DNA from: Nitrosopumilus sp.
GTDB lineage: Archaea; Thermoproteota; Nitrososphaeria; Nitrososphaerales; Nitrosopumilaceae
Length of the DNA: 64,000 bases
NCBI GenBank assembly: GCA_965224195.1
Contig: OZ245040.1
Coordinates: 1,120,001 to 1,184,000, forward strand
Direction of reading: 5' to 3'
Part shown: positions 30,557 through 39,403 of the stretch, piece after piece
Numbering within the stretch: position 1 is the stretch's first letter
Layout: each line of letters opens with the position of its first letter
Notes under the pieces: generated by a model
Seen by the model: the letters and a program-made list of their open reading frames with translations, nothing else
What the model was told of the DNA's origin: nothing
The model's database searches: none
Position numbers and translations under genes: made by a program

Positions 30557-31873
30557 CTAAAGTTTAATTCTATAATAGTCCCATCTTTCAGGATCAAATA
30601 ATGTTACAAATTCTGCTTGTTCTTTATCGACTCTCGCTCTAATGACATCCCTTAATGCAAAACTGGTTAGAAATTTGAATTTCATGGCATGGGCTTGCAT
30701 GATGAACATATGGCGCATTTCACTACCTCCCTTTAACCCCCAATATCCCATTTTTAGGGCAAGTGGTTCTAAAAATATGGTATTTCCTATTCCATAATTT
30801 TCATCTCTAATCTCTTCTCGTAATTTGTAATTCTCTAAAGGACCTCCTTTTGAAAATCCAATTATTTCTCCATTTTTGTCATTTAATCGTAATGTGTTTA
30901 TAATCACTTGAGGATCTTTAACTGATTTTTCAAAATTTTCTTTTTCAAATTGAAGTGGTGATGGTAGTTCCAAAAATATTTCATATAATGATTCAATAAA
31001 CTTTGGATCATCTCTTGTTGTCATTGACTCTATTGTTGGAACCATCTTTAGATTCTCATATGAATAATTTGCTTGAATTATAATTTCTTGCTGTCTGATT
31101 TTCATAAATGATAAAACAGTATCAAAGAAATTCTTTCGCATTTCTTTAGGAAGTACTTTGAGAATTCCTTTTGCCATGTCTGTTTCTTTGTTTAAGAGTT
31201 CTTCAAAATATGCAACTGCACTTCTAACAATTAATGATGGTCTCCATGCTAATGCATGTGCATTCATCTTTGCCATCTCCATGGCTTTAGCAAAATCTCC
31301 TAATGCATAACCGCTAATTCTATCTACAACTGATAGATACCATCCAATTTCCATAATGTGCTCCTGATATGGTAAATTGTTTCTTGTTAAATCTGAATTA
31401 TTGAAGCATTCTTTTATTTGAATTTCTGCGTTGTCCTTAATTTTTCCACTCCAAGGGTACGTGGTTCTCAAAATCAAAACTTTGATAACTTTTAAATCTA
31501 TTTTTGCTTCATCAATTAACTGACGAAGTTTTTTATCCATTGAAATAAATTTCAATACACTTTCTTCGTGAGGTTTATCTACATTTTTTTGAGGATCAAA
31601 ATCATGGAATAGTGCTGCAACGTATAAATATTTTATATCTTCACTTGTAAATTTCACTCTTTTTTGATTATTTGCTAAAAGTGAAACATATGTTACTTCT
31701 AATTCGTGGTTGATATTGTGATATCCGTAGTAATCTATTCCCAATCCTTGGCTTTCAAACAGGTCTATGGTGTAATCTAACATCTCTACATAACAATCCT
31801 CTTCTAATCCATTTTCTACCATTAGGCTGAGAATTTCATTTCTCATTGAAGGTGTATTTGCAAATTGTTGCAA
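30557..31873 (-). CDS. HD-domain protein
   Basis: YHNINH, AALFHDFD; C-terminal GNAT-like region (inferred). Confidence 0.82.
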   Translation of the reverse strand: MQQFANTPSMRNEILSLMVENGLEEDCYVEMLDYTIDLFESQGLGIDYYGYHNINHELEVTYVSLLANNQKRVKFTSEDIKYLYVAALFHDFDPQKNVDKPHEESVLKFISMDKKLRQLIDEAKIDLKVIKVLILRTTYPWSGKIKDNAEIQIKECFNNSDLTRNNLPYQEHIMEIGWYLSVVDRISGYALGDFAKAMEMAKMNAHALAWRPSLIVRSAVAYFEELLNKETDMAKGILKVLPKEMRKNFFDTVLSFMKIRQQEIIIQANYSYENLKMVPTIESMTTRDDPKFIESLYEIFLELPSPLQFEKENFEKSVKDPQVIINTLRLNDKNGEIIGFSKGGPLENYKLREEIRDENYGIGNTIFLEPLALKMGYWGLKGGSEMRHMFIMQAHAMKFKFLTSFALRDVIRARVDKEQAEFVTLFDPERWDYYRIKL

Positions 31874-31988
31874 TAATCTTCGATCTAAATTCCAGTTTTT
31901 AAAGATGATCTCTTTGATTTAGAACTCATTTGTTTTTGGTGACTGTGGTTAGAAAGATTCAATAGAATTATGATTTGGTAATTTTTGA

Positions 31989-32393
31989 ATGTCATTTAAC
32001 AAAGAACTGTTGGAAAAATTAATGGAATTTAATGAAAAAAATCCCTCAAAATTTACATTGTATGTAAATGAAGAAACTTATTCAATTACAAGTACTTTGA
32101 TAACTAATTCTCCAATCCCTGTAAATGAACCCACCACTCGTGGCGGGGTATATTTTTCAGATAAATTTGCATACAAAATGAAATGTGTTGTAGATGATCT
32201 TTCTGTAGTGCCCCTACTTACAAAGAAAATGCTTGGACCCAATACTGAGTTTGGCGAACTAAAGATAACTACTACAATTGAATCTGATGGTAAATCCATC
32301 CCAATTGAAATTTTTACCAATCTTACAAACAGTGTTCAAACTCCAAGTTCAATTGAATTAAGTTTGATTATTGTAAAATTAGAATCAGTCTAA
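31989..32393 (+). CDS. Conserved hypothetical protein
   Basis: PTTRGGVYFSD, KMLGPNTEF; long ORF. Confidence 0.7.
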   Translation: MSFNKELLEKLMEFNEKNPSKFTLYVNEETYSITSTLITNSPIPVNEPTTRGGVYFSDKFAYKMKCVVDDLSVVPLLTKKMLGPNTEFGELKITTTIESDGKSIPIEIFTNLTNSVQTPSSIELSLIIVKLESV

Positions 32394-32944
32394 TTCACTT
32401 TGAGATATTTATCATATTTTTCTCTACGTTCTAAATCTGATAACACTTCATACGCTTTGTTTAGCTCTGCCATTTCTTCTTCCGAATTCTCCCTGGTTTT
32501 ATCTGGATGGGTCTTTTTTGCAAGTTCTCTGAATTTCTTTTTAATTTCCTCAGGGGTCGCATCCTTTGAAACTCCTATTACATCATAATAATTTGGAAGT
32601 TCATCGTTGTTTAGTGCATCTCTGAATTCTTTGTCATCTTTGGTATTCCTTCTCTTGCCAAGTTCTTCATAATCATCTCCCCAATCTGAATGGTATTTTT
32701 CAAATGTTTTCTCTTTTTTTGACTCTAGATTTTCTTTATCATAAGATGTCTTTCTTCTAAGGATGATATCTCTTGATAAAAATAGAAACACTGCTAATAT
32801 TGCAATGATAAATCCTGAAAATAACATAATTTTTTCTTCATCTGTTACTTCAAGTACCATGTTGAGATTTTCTTCTTGAGCATTTGCTGATTGCAGTCCT
32901 CCAAAGACGATAATTGATATTATAAAAATACTGAAATTCTTCAT
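32390..32944 (-). CDS. Membrane-anchored J-domain protein
   Basis: YYDVIGVSKDAT..HPDK..AYEVLSD..RREKYD; N-terminal hydrophobic segments. Confidence 0.88.
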   Translation of the reverse strand: MKNFSIFIISIIVFGGLQSANAQEENLNMVLEVTDEEKIMLFSGFIIAILAVFLFLSRDIILRRKTSYDKENLESKKEKTFEKYHSDWGDDYEELGKRRNTKDDKEFRDALNNDELPNYYDVIGVSKDATPEEIKKKFRELAKKTHPDKTRENSEEEMAELNKAYEVLSDLERREKYDKYLKVN

Positions 32945-32954
32945 TTTTTCTTTC

Positions 32955-33398
32955 CTATGATAATCTGAAATCTTCTTTTGCAGTATTTAGAACTACATGA
33001 GTTATGGTATTTTCCACATTAGGAATTGTTGCCAACTCCTTTACAAACTTGCTTAATCCTTTTCTTTCTTTGAATTTTGCAATGATTATGGTGTCTGTTG
33101 AACCTGTAATATCATATACTCCACAAACATTTTCAAATTTTGCTATTTCATCTTCTATATCTACAACTTTGTCATTTTTGGTAATGATTTCAATAATTGC
33201 AGTTAATGAATATCCTATTTTTTCATGATCAATGATTGTAGTGTATCCTAGGATGATTTTCTCTTTTTCTAATTTCTTCATTCTTGATAATACTGTCACA
33301 GTTGACATTCCAAGTTTTAGAGCAAGCTGTCTGGCTGATTGTCTTGCATCAACAAGTAAGTTTTTTAGAATTTTCTCATCTGTTTCATCCAGGTCCAT
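32955..33398 (-). CDS. Lrp/AsnC transcriptional regulator
   Basis: LDETDEKILKNL..DARQS HTH; VYDITGSTD. Confidence 0.93.
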   Translation of the reverse strand: MDLDETDEKILKNLLVDARQSARQLALKLGMSTVTVLSRMKKLEKEKIILGYTTIIDHEKIGYSLTAIIEIITKNDKVVDIEDEIAKFENVCGVYDITGSTDTIIIAKFKERKGLSKFVKELATIPNVENTITHVVLNTAKEDFRLS

Positions 33399-33519
33399 AT
33401 TCTATAATGGTGAAAAATTTATTTAAATTTTCATGAAATTTGTGTAAATTTGTTTGATTCTCTCTATTCTCATCTTTGATTTTTTTTAGATTTAATACAA
33501 ATGATGTCTAGAATATTCT

Positions 33520-33747
33520 ATGGGTGAAATTGAAGATCTAGTCAATAAAGGTCGGGCTCTAATGGATGAAGGAAAATTCTTTGATGCTCTTGGTTTTTTT
33601 GAACAAGCCCTTCTATTGAATCAAAATAATCCAGACCTTTGGAACAACAAGGGAGTTGCCCTGAGAAGTTTAGGTAGGTACGAGGAATCAATGGAATGTT
33701 TTAACAAATCACTTGAAATTGAACCTCGAGACAAATTTGCTTCTTGA
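33520..33747 (+). CDS. Small TPR protein
   Basis: LWNNKGVALRSLGRYEESMECFNKSLEIEP. Confidence 0.88.
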   Translation: MGEIEDLVNKGRALMDEGKFFDALGFFEQALLLNQNNPDLWNNKGVALRSLGRYEESMECFNKSLEIEPRDKFAS

Positions 33748-33807
33748 TGTCTATTGGTTATTGTATAATGATCGCTGATTTAATAATTCATTTTTCTAAT
33801 TCAAAGA

Positions 33808-34389
33808 ATGTCTAGTCAGGTTTTATGTCCACAATTGATAGTTGGGGAGACAAAAAATCAGTTTATTATTAACAAAATAATATCAAATACTGTGAGCGAT
33901 AAAATTGAAAAGATGCTGGTACAAGCTTTTGAATGTGTTGAAGATGAGAATTTCTCTGATGCTTTGAAATTATATGATTTGGCACTAAAAGAAGATCCTG
34001 ATAATACCAATATCCTAATTGATAAAGGTGCAACTTTACAAAACATAGGAAAACTAAAACTTGCAATTCATTCATATGATGAAGCCCTTAAAATTTCTCC
34101 TGAAAATATTGATGCATTGTTAAACAAAGGTTCCACATTACATTCAGATGAAAAATACATTCAAGCAATAGAGTGCTATGATTCTGCTTTGAAAATTGAT
34201 AAAAACTGCGCAATGGCTCTTGCATACAAGGGTCTTTCATTAGGGGAAATGGGCAAACTCAAAGAAGCCATAAAACATTTTAAAAAAGCATTATCTATTG
34301 ACAAACATTATGATTTGGCAAGTATTTCAAAAGACATTGCACAGGAATTACTAAAATCAATTAACGAAAAAAAATCTAAAATACAGTAA
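33808..34389 (+). CDS. TPR protein
   Basis: About four TPR repeats; true start probably near 33892. Confidence 0.88.
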   Translation: MSSQVLCPQLIVGETKNQFIINKIISNTVSDKIEKMLVQAFECVEDENFSDALKLYDLALKEDPDNTNILIDKGATLQNIGKLKLAIHSYDEALKISPENIDALLNKGSTLHSDEKYIQAIECYDSALKIDKNCAMALAYKGLSLGEMGKLKEAIKHFKKALSIDKHYDLASISKDIAQELLKSINEKKSKIQ

Positions 34390-34546
34390 CATCTCCTGGT
34401 GCTGGCTCTCGATTTGGCTGTTCGTTATCTTTGAAAAAGTCACTATGTTTCAAATTTTGGTGCTCTCTTAATTCTTCTATATTCTCAAAACCCTCATGAC
34501 ACAAGTAACATTTTGGTTTATGTTCATCAATTAGAGGAAGTACCAT
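34376..34546 (-). CDS. C2H2 zinc-finger micro-protein (56 aa; not in ORF track)
   Basis: MVLPLIDEHKPKCYLCHEGFENIEELREHQNLKH...APGDVTVF*. Confidence 0.75.
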   Translation of the reverse strand: MVLPLIDEHKPKCYLCHEGFENIEELREHQNLKHSDFFKDNEQPNREPAPGDVTVF

Positions 34547-34621
34547 GACATTTCTATCATGACTGGCTACTTATTTCTTGAGACTACAAGGAATATATCC
34601 TGATAGGAAAAACGAATCAAT

Positions 34622-35719
34622 ATGCTGGAACAACTAGTTGGAGATTCACAGGCTTTAGATCGTGTTCTTGCTGGCGAGGAACTTTCCTACAAAGATGGTA
34701 TGGATTTGATGAATTATGATAATTTACATTTACTTGGAGCAGTTGCAGATAACTCTAGAAAAAAACTAGTTAATGATACTGTAACATTTGCAGCATCATA
34801 CTACATGAATTACACCAATGTTTGTGCAGCTAGCTGTCAAATGTGTGCATTTTATCGAAAAGACGGTGCAGAAGATGCATACACCTTAACTCCACAAGAA
34901 ATTGAAGCTCGAGTGGGAATTGCAAAACAGATGGGTGCTACTGAAGTTCACATTGTTGGCGGCTTTCATCCCAAACTTCCACTAGAATACTATGAAGACA
35001 TGATGAGGTCAATTAAAAAAAGTCATCCTCAACTTAACATCAAAGCATTAACTGCAGCTGAGATTTACTATTTATCAAAATTAACAAAAAATTCTACTAA
35101 AGAAATTTTGTCTCGTCTAAAAGATGCAGGACTTGATTCAATGCCTGGTGGAGGGGCTGAACTATTTCATCCTGACATTAGAGGAAAGATAGTTCGTGGA
35201 AAATGTACGGGACAACAGTGGCTTGATGTTATTGAGGAGGCTCATAATATGGACATCAAAAGCAACGTTACCATGCTTTATGGACATATTGAAAAACCTG
35301 AACATATTGTTGATCATCTAATCAAGGTGCGTGAATTACAAAAGAAGACAAATGGATTTCTAACTTTGATTCCTTTAAAATTTAGTTTAGATAATACTGA
35401 ACTGGAACAAGAACACTTGGTGAGTAATGAATGTTCATCAGTTTATGATTTACGAGTTGTTGCACTATCAAGATTGATGCTTGCAAATGTTCTAAATAAC
35501 ATCTCAGTTTACTGGGTTGCATATGGCAAAAAGCTTGCACAAGTTGCATTGTCTAATGGCGGCAACGATTTAGTTGGAACTGCCTTTTCTGAGGAAATCT
35601 ACAAATCTGCTGGAAAAGCAACTTCTTCTTCAGTTGAAGAACTTGCAACAATGGTAAAAGAGATTGGCCGTACCCCTGCACAAAGAAATACTCACTTTGG
35701 TATTTTGAAAAAATTCTAA
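34622..35719 (+). CDS. mqnE: CofH/MqnE-family radical SAM enzyme, probably aminofutalosine synthase
   Basis: NYTNVCAASCQMCAF, EVHIVGG, SMPGGGAE, TMLYGHIE; mqnD nearby; MqnC not excluded. Confidence 0.78.
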   Translation: MLEQLVGDSQALDRVLAGEELSYKDGMDLMNYDNLHLLGAVADNSRKKLVNDTVTFAASYYMNYTNVCAASCQMCAFYRKDGAEDAYTLTPQEIEARVGIAKQMGATEVHIVGGFHPKLPLEYYEDMMRSIKKSHPQLNIKALTAAEIYYLSKLTKNSTKEILSRLKDAGLDSMPGGGAELFHPDIRGKIVRGKCTGQQWLDVIEEAHNMDIKSNVTMLYGHIEKPEHIVDHLIKVRELQKKTNGFLTLIPLKFSLDNTELEQEHLVSNECSSVYDLRVVALSRLMLANVLNNISVYWVAYGKKLAQVALSNGGNDLVGTAFSEEIYKSAGKATSSSVEELATMVKEIGRTPAQRNTHFGILKKF

Positions 35720-36039
35720 CCTAGTTGTTTTTTAATAGAATCTAATTTTTCTTCCATTTTGACTTGTTTGTCTCGTCTTGAATCTATTTTGATAATTACC
35801 TCCACTCTTGCTATGCCTAGATTGTGAACTGTCTCCATCATTTGTTTTGTTGCCGTGTTTATGACATCCATATTATTTGATTCTAGAATTGTTCCCATTG
35901 CATTGATTTCATATCTTAAATTTTTGATTTTTTGAATTGATTCTATTGCCTTTGCAATGTAAAAACTGGTGCTGGTGGTTTTAGTTGCCATTGGGTAGAT
36001 GCTGATTTCAGCTTGAATCAAGATGTCTAATTTTGTCAT
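35716..36039 (-). CDS. MTH1187/YkoF thiamine-binding family protein
   Basis: AEISIYPM, YEINAMGTILE, IKIDSRRDK. Confidence 0.88.
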   Translation of the reverse strand: MTKLDILIQAEISIYPMATKTTSTSFYIAKAIESIQKIKNLRYEINAMGTILESNNMDVINTATKQMMETVHNLGIARVEVIIKIDSRRDKQVKMEEKLDSIKKQLG

Positions 36040-36154
36040 TTTTTACTTAATAATATATTCTCAAGTTGTTTTTTGTGATCTGAATATGTCATTGATAGTT
36101 TCCCTAACATTCAAAGATGGGTAATTATGGGTAAATTTGAATTGGAACATAACT

Positions 36155-36265
36155 ATGATTAAGACAAAATGTGATAGATGTGGTACTGATTTAGGCACCG
36201 AAAGTAAGAAAACAAAGCAACGATTTTGTGGAAATTGTAAGAAAAAGTTTGATTTGTATAAATAA
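36155..36265 (+). CDS. Zinc-finger micro-protein (36 aa; not in ORF track)
   Basis: MIKTKCDRCG...RFCGNCKKKFDLYK*. Confidence 0.55.
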   Translation: MIKTKCDRCGTDLGTESKKTKQRFCGNCKKKFDLYK

Positions 36266-36546
36266 TTAATTTTAAAACAACACGAAAGCCTCGTTACGGC
36301 AAACGACGAGATGTGTGGTATTTGCAGGCTGCAATGTATGCCTTTATGCATTATGAGGAGACAAATTTTATTGCAAATCAAATCGTCATCATAGAGTCAT
36401 GTGAAGACGGAAAGTGCAGGATACACAAGGTAAAGTTTGCAGACTATGCAGATGAGATGCTTGAAACAATCCAAATGTTTTATTTGCCTGAATCAACTGA
36501 CAACTCGCCAACAAAATATCTAGAGTTTTTGAGGAGGATAAACTAA
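36262..36546 (+). pseudogene. C-terminal remnant of a phage-type PD-(D/E)XK (RecB/Cas4-like) exonuclease
   Basis: In frame upstream of the listed ORF: IINFKTTRKP (cf. IIDFKT), then WYLQAAMYA (QxxxY motif) and QIVII; no N-terminal half. Confidence 0.65.
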
Positions 36547-36894
36547 ATGTCTGCCGTATCCATGGCCTCAAGGTTTGACAGCACCTGCAAGGTCTGCAGC
36601 GTACAAATCAGAGCCGGTGATGCCATATACAAAGTAAATGATCACTGGTGTAAAAATCAAAACTGTGGCAAGTCTGACAACCAGGTTCACATGGAGAAGA
36701 GACGCATTGATCTTGAGAATAAAACTCCGCCTGGCGACTTGGATTCTGAGACGTGCAGTGTCATTGATGCAAATGCCGTGCTCTTGTACAAAATTAATCA
36801 GAGAGTTTTGCATGCCCTCAAGAGATATGACGAGGCCCCAAACCCTGCAATGGTTGGGCAGTTTACAAAAATCATATATGACAAGCTAGGATGA
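36547..36894 (+). CDS. Virus-like zinc-finger protein
   Basis: ASRFDSTCKVCSVQIRAGDAIY..HWC..C pattern; more GC-rich codons than flanking host genes. Confidence 0.6.
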   Translation: MSAVSMASRFDSTCKVCSVQIRAGDAIYKVNDHWCKNQNCGKSDNQVHMEKRRIDLENKTPPGDLDSETCSVIDANAVLLYKINQRVLHALKRYDEAPNPAMVGQFTKIIYDKLG

Positions 36895-37061
36895 TTGGCG
36901 ATCCTAGCTTGTTCTTATCATCCCGCACATGTCTTGATCTCACTGATATAGCACGAATTAAATAAAAAACATCACAACATATCATTAATTTTATTATGAT
37001 GTATCTTTGATGTGTCAGACTAAAGCACAATGCAGATATAATCACGCAGTAACAAGACCAC

Positions 37062-38653
37062 ATGGCACTGCTTTATGTTTTTATGGCATTGCTAATTTTG
37101 TCCAGTTTTATTCCGTTATCTTACTCTGAAGATATCAGGGGGTCGCATCATGATTCTAAAATACACATGCAGATTCAGGGCGATACAACATCAGGCAAGA
37201 TAACACACAAGGATGTCCAGTATTCATGGGATGACATAAAGTTAATTTATAAAAATCAAAAGCTGTACATATTTGATAATGATATAAAAATTCTGGCAAA
37301 ACAAGTAGCAGATTACAAGTATCTGATAATTGCAAAGCTTGCAGATGATGATGGCGTCAGATTGAGGTTCTTGTCTGATGTATCAGAGCCTGCAAAAAAC
37401 ACTGCACAGCGCAATCTGTTGGATGAAATGAATCAAAAAACTTTAGAGTCTGTCAAGTCTGAACATGACATGACTTTTAAAGAAAAACAATTGCTAGAAA
37501 AGGAGAAAAAAACAGCAGAGGCAAAAAAGATATCAGATGACAGACTGGAAAGAATTGCAGAGCAAAATACAAAGAATATGAATGGCAAGACATCTCATGG
37601 CATTATGGAGGACTGGAAGGAATCATAAAAACAGACGGGTATGAAATTGATAACTGATGATTCTAAAAAGACGGTAAAGCAGGATCCAAAAAAAGATGTT
37701 GTAAATACAGTACAGAAAACAAAGGTATACATTTCTGTTCCGCATCATGTAGAGTGGAAAAATACGCTGCGATATGATATACTAGTTACTGATGATGCAC
37801 GCATCAATATGTTGATGACTACAACTCTTTTGTAGGAAATGTACTATCTGATGTTGCAATAGATGGAACCATAAAGAATCCTGATGGCCAAACAGTTCAT
37901 AAATTCAAAGGTGTGACTTCTGCATCTGGCTCATATGCTAACAGCTGGCTTGTACCGGATAATTCCAACACTCGTGGGCAATACACTTTGGAGATAAATT
38001 CTGTGTTTGGGAAACAAAGAGATAACAAGCTGGTTTCATTTTATGTACTGCCAATTGCTAAAGGTTCTTTTAACAATCCACCAGTAGCTGACGCTGGAAT
38101 TGGAGGGCATTTTCCAAGTGGTAAATTGATAACTTTGGATGGTTCTAAAAGCAATGATCAAGATGATTCAAAGTTATTCTATACTTGGACACAAATAAAA
38201 GGTTTAGATGTTCCAATGAATAAAAAAATTGCAAAACCAACTTTTACAATTCCTGATATTGCAGGTATGTTTGAATTTAACCTAGCTGTTAGTGATGGCA
38301 GAAAGTCAGGCAATAATTCATCAAATGTTGCAATATCTTCAATTCATGCAAATGCTGGGGAGAATGAAACCTACACTGATGGTACCGCTAATTTTACTCT
38401 AAACTCTGCTGAAATAATACTTGACGGTTCTGAAAGTAAGGATTCTTTAAAGCATTCTTTGGATTATGTGTGGGAAATATTTGGCAATGTTCCAATACAA
38501 AGCACTTTGACAGATTTAAAAATAACAAACCCGACTCAATCTGTGTCTAAATTCATACCTGATGTTATAGGAAAATATAATTTTACTTTAACCATTAGTG
38601 ATAAGGACAAGATAAAAGATTCTGATAATATTATGATAACTATAAAAAAATAA
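37062..38653 (+). pseudogene. Large secreted protein with PKD/REJ-like Ig domains, split in three
   Basis: Signal peptide in 37062-37628; in-frame TAA at 37626-37628; frameshift near 37800; PPVADAG..ITLDGSKSND..YTWTQ and ANAG..ILDGSESKD..YVW repeats. Confidence 0.72.
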
Positions 38654-39058
38654 AATACAATTATAAATTAATTTAGATATAAATTAGTGTAAAAAAATCA
38701 TATTTTTTTTTATGTTGTTTAACTATTGTCTCATAACAGTTAATTGTGTGTTTATCATAACCTCACTGAGTGGCAGAAATTTTCAGTTAGCTTGTGCAAA
38801 TTATTTGTTCTCAACATGAGGTATTTGCCAATTATCATTCATTGTGTTATTGTGATGTTTTTGAGGATTATCATGATATTACAGTTGTATATTATACACC
38901 TGAGGCAAAATACAGTGCACTTGGAGTATTTTGCAAAAGGACATTGGCAATTCTGAAATTTTAACATCAGACTCGATACGGGTAATCGCCACACAGTTCC
39001 TGGAAAAATTATGAATGAACTCTATATCCCCACAACGTTACAGAACTCAAAACGCTTT

Positions 39059-39096
39059 ATATAGATAATCTCAATATAGATAATCTCAATATAGAT
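39059..39096 (+). repeat. 15-bp tandem duplication
   Basis: ATATAGATAATCTCA x2 plus ATATAGAT. Confidence 0.9.
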
Positions 39097-39162
39097 CAAC
39101 AATGTTAGAATTTCAAGAATTTAAGGAAATTATAAAAGATTATGTGGCCATAAGAACTTGAC

Positions 39163-39275
39163 AGAATTGGATTGGAATTGTATTCTTTAGTAAGGATCAC
39201 CTTTTGATATGGCTTCTGCAAGGTCCTTGCCATCTAAGAATTGGATTGGAATTGTATTCTTTAGTAAGGATCACC
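39163..39275 (+). repeat. 39-bp perfect direct repeat flanking a 35-bp insert
   Basis: AGAATTGGATTGGAATTGTATTCTTTAGTAAGGATCACC at 39163-39201 and 39237-39275. Confidence 0.95.
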
Positions 39276-39403
39276 AAAGGTAAACACATGAGATTTACAA
39301 AAGGAACAAAGGAGGTTTGACAAGACGTGGGGAAAAAGCCAAGCGTGAAAGACTGTCAAAGTCTGAACGGAATATATATAACGTATCATTGTGATAATAT
39401 GAA

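Noticed and set aside
39163-39275. Bona fide CRISPR array
   Set aside because: Only two repeats, no CRISPR-like terminal motif, no cas genes in the window, and a similar structure with an unrelated repeat at 9510; reported as an insertion scar instead
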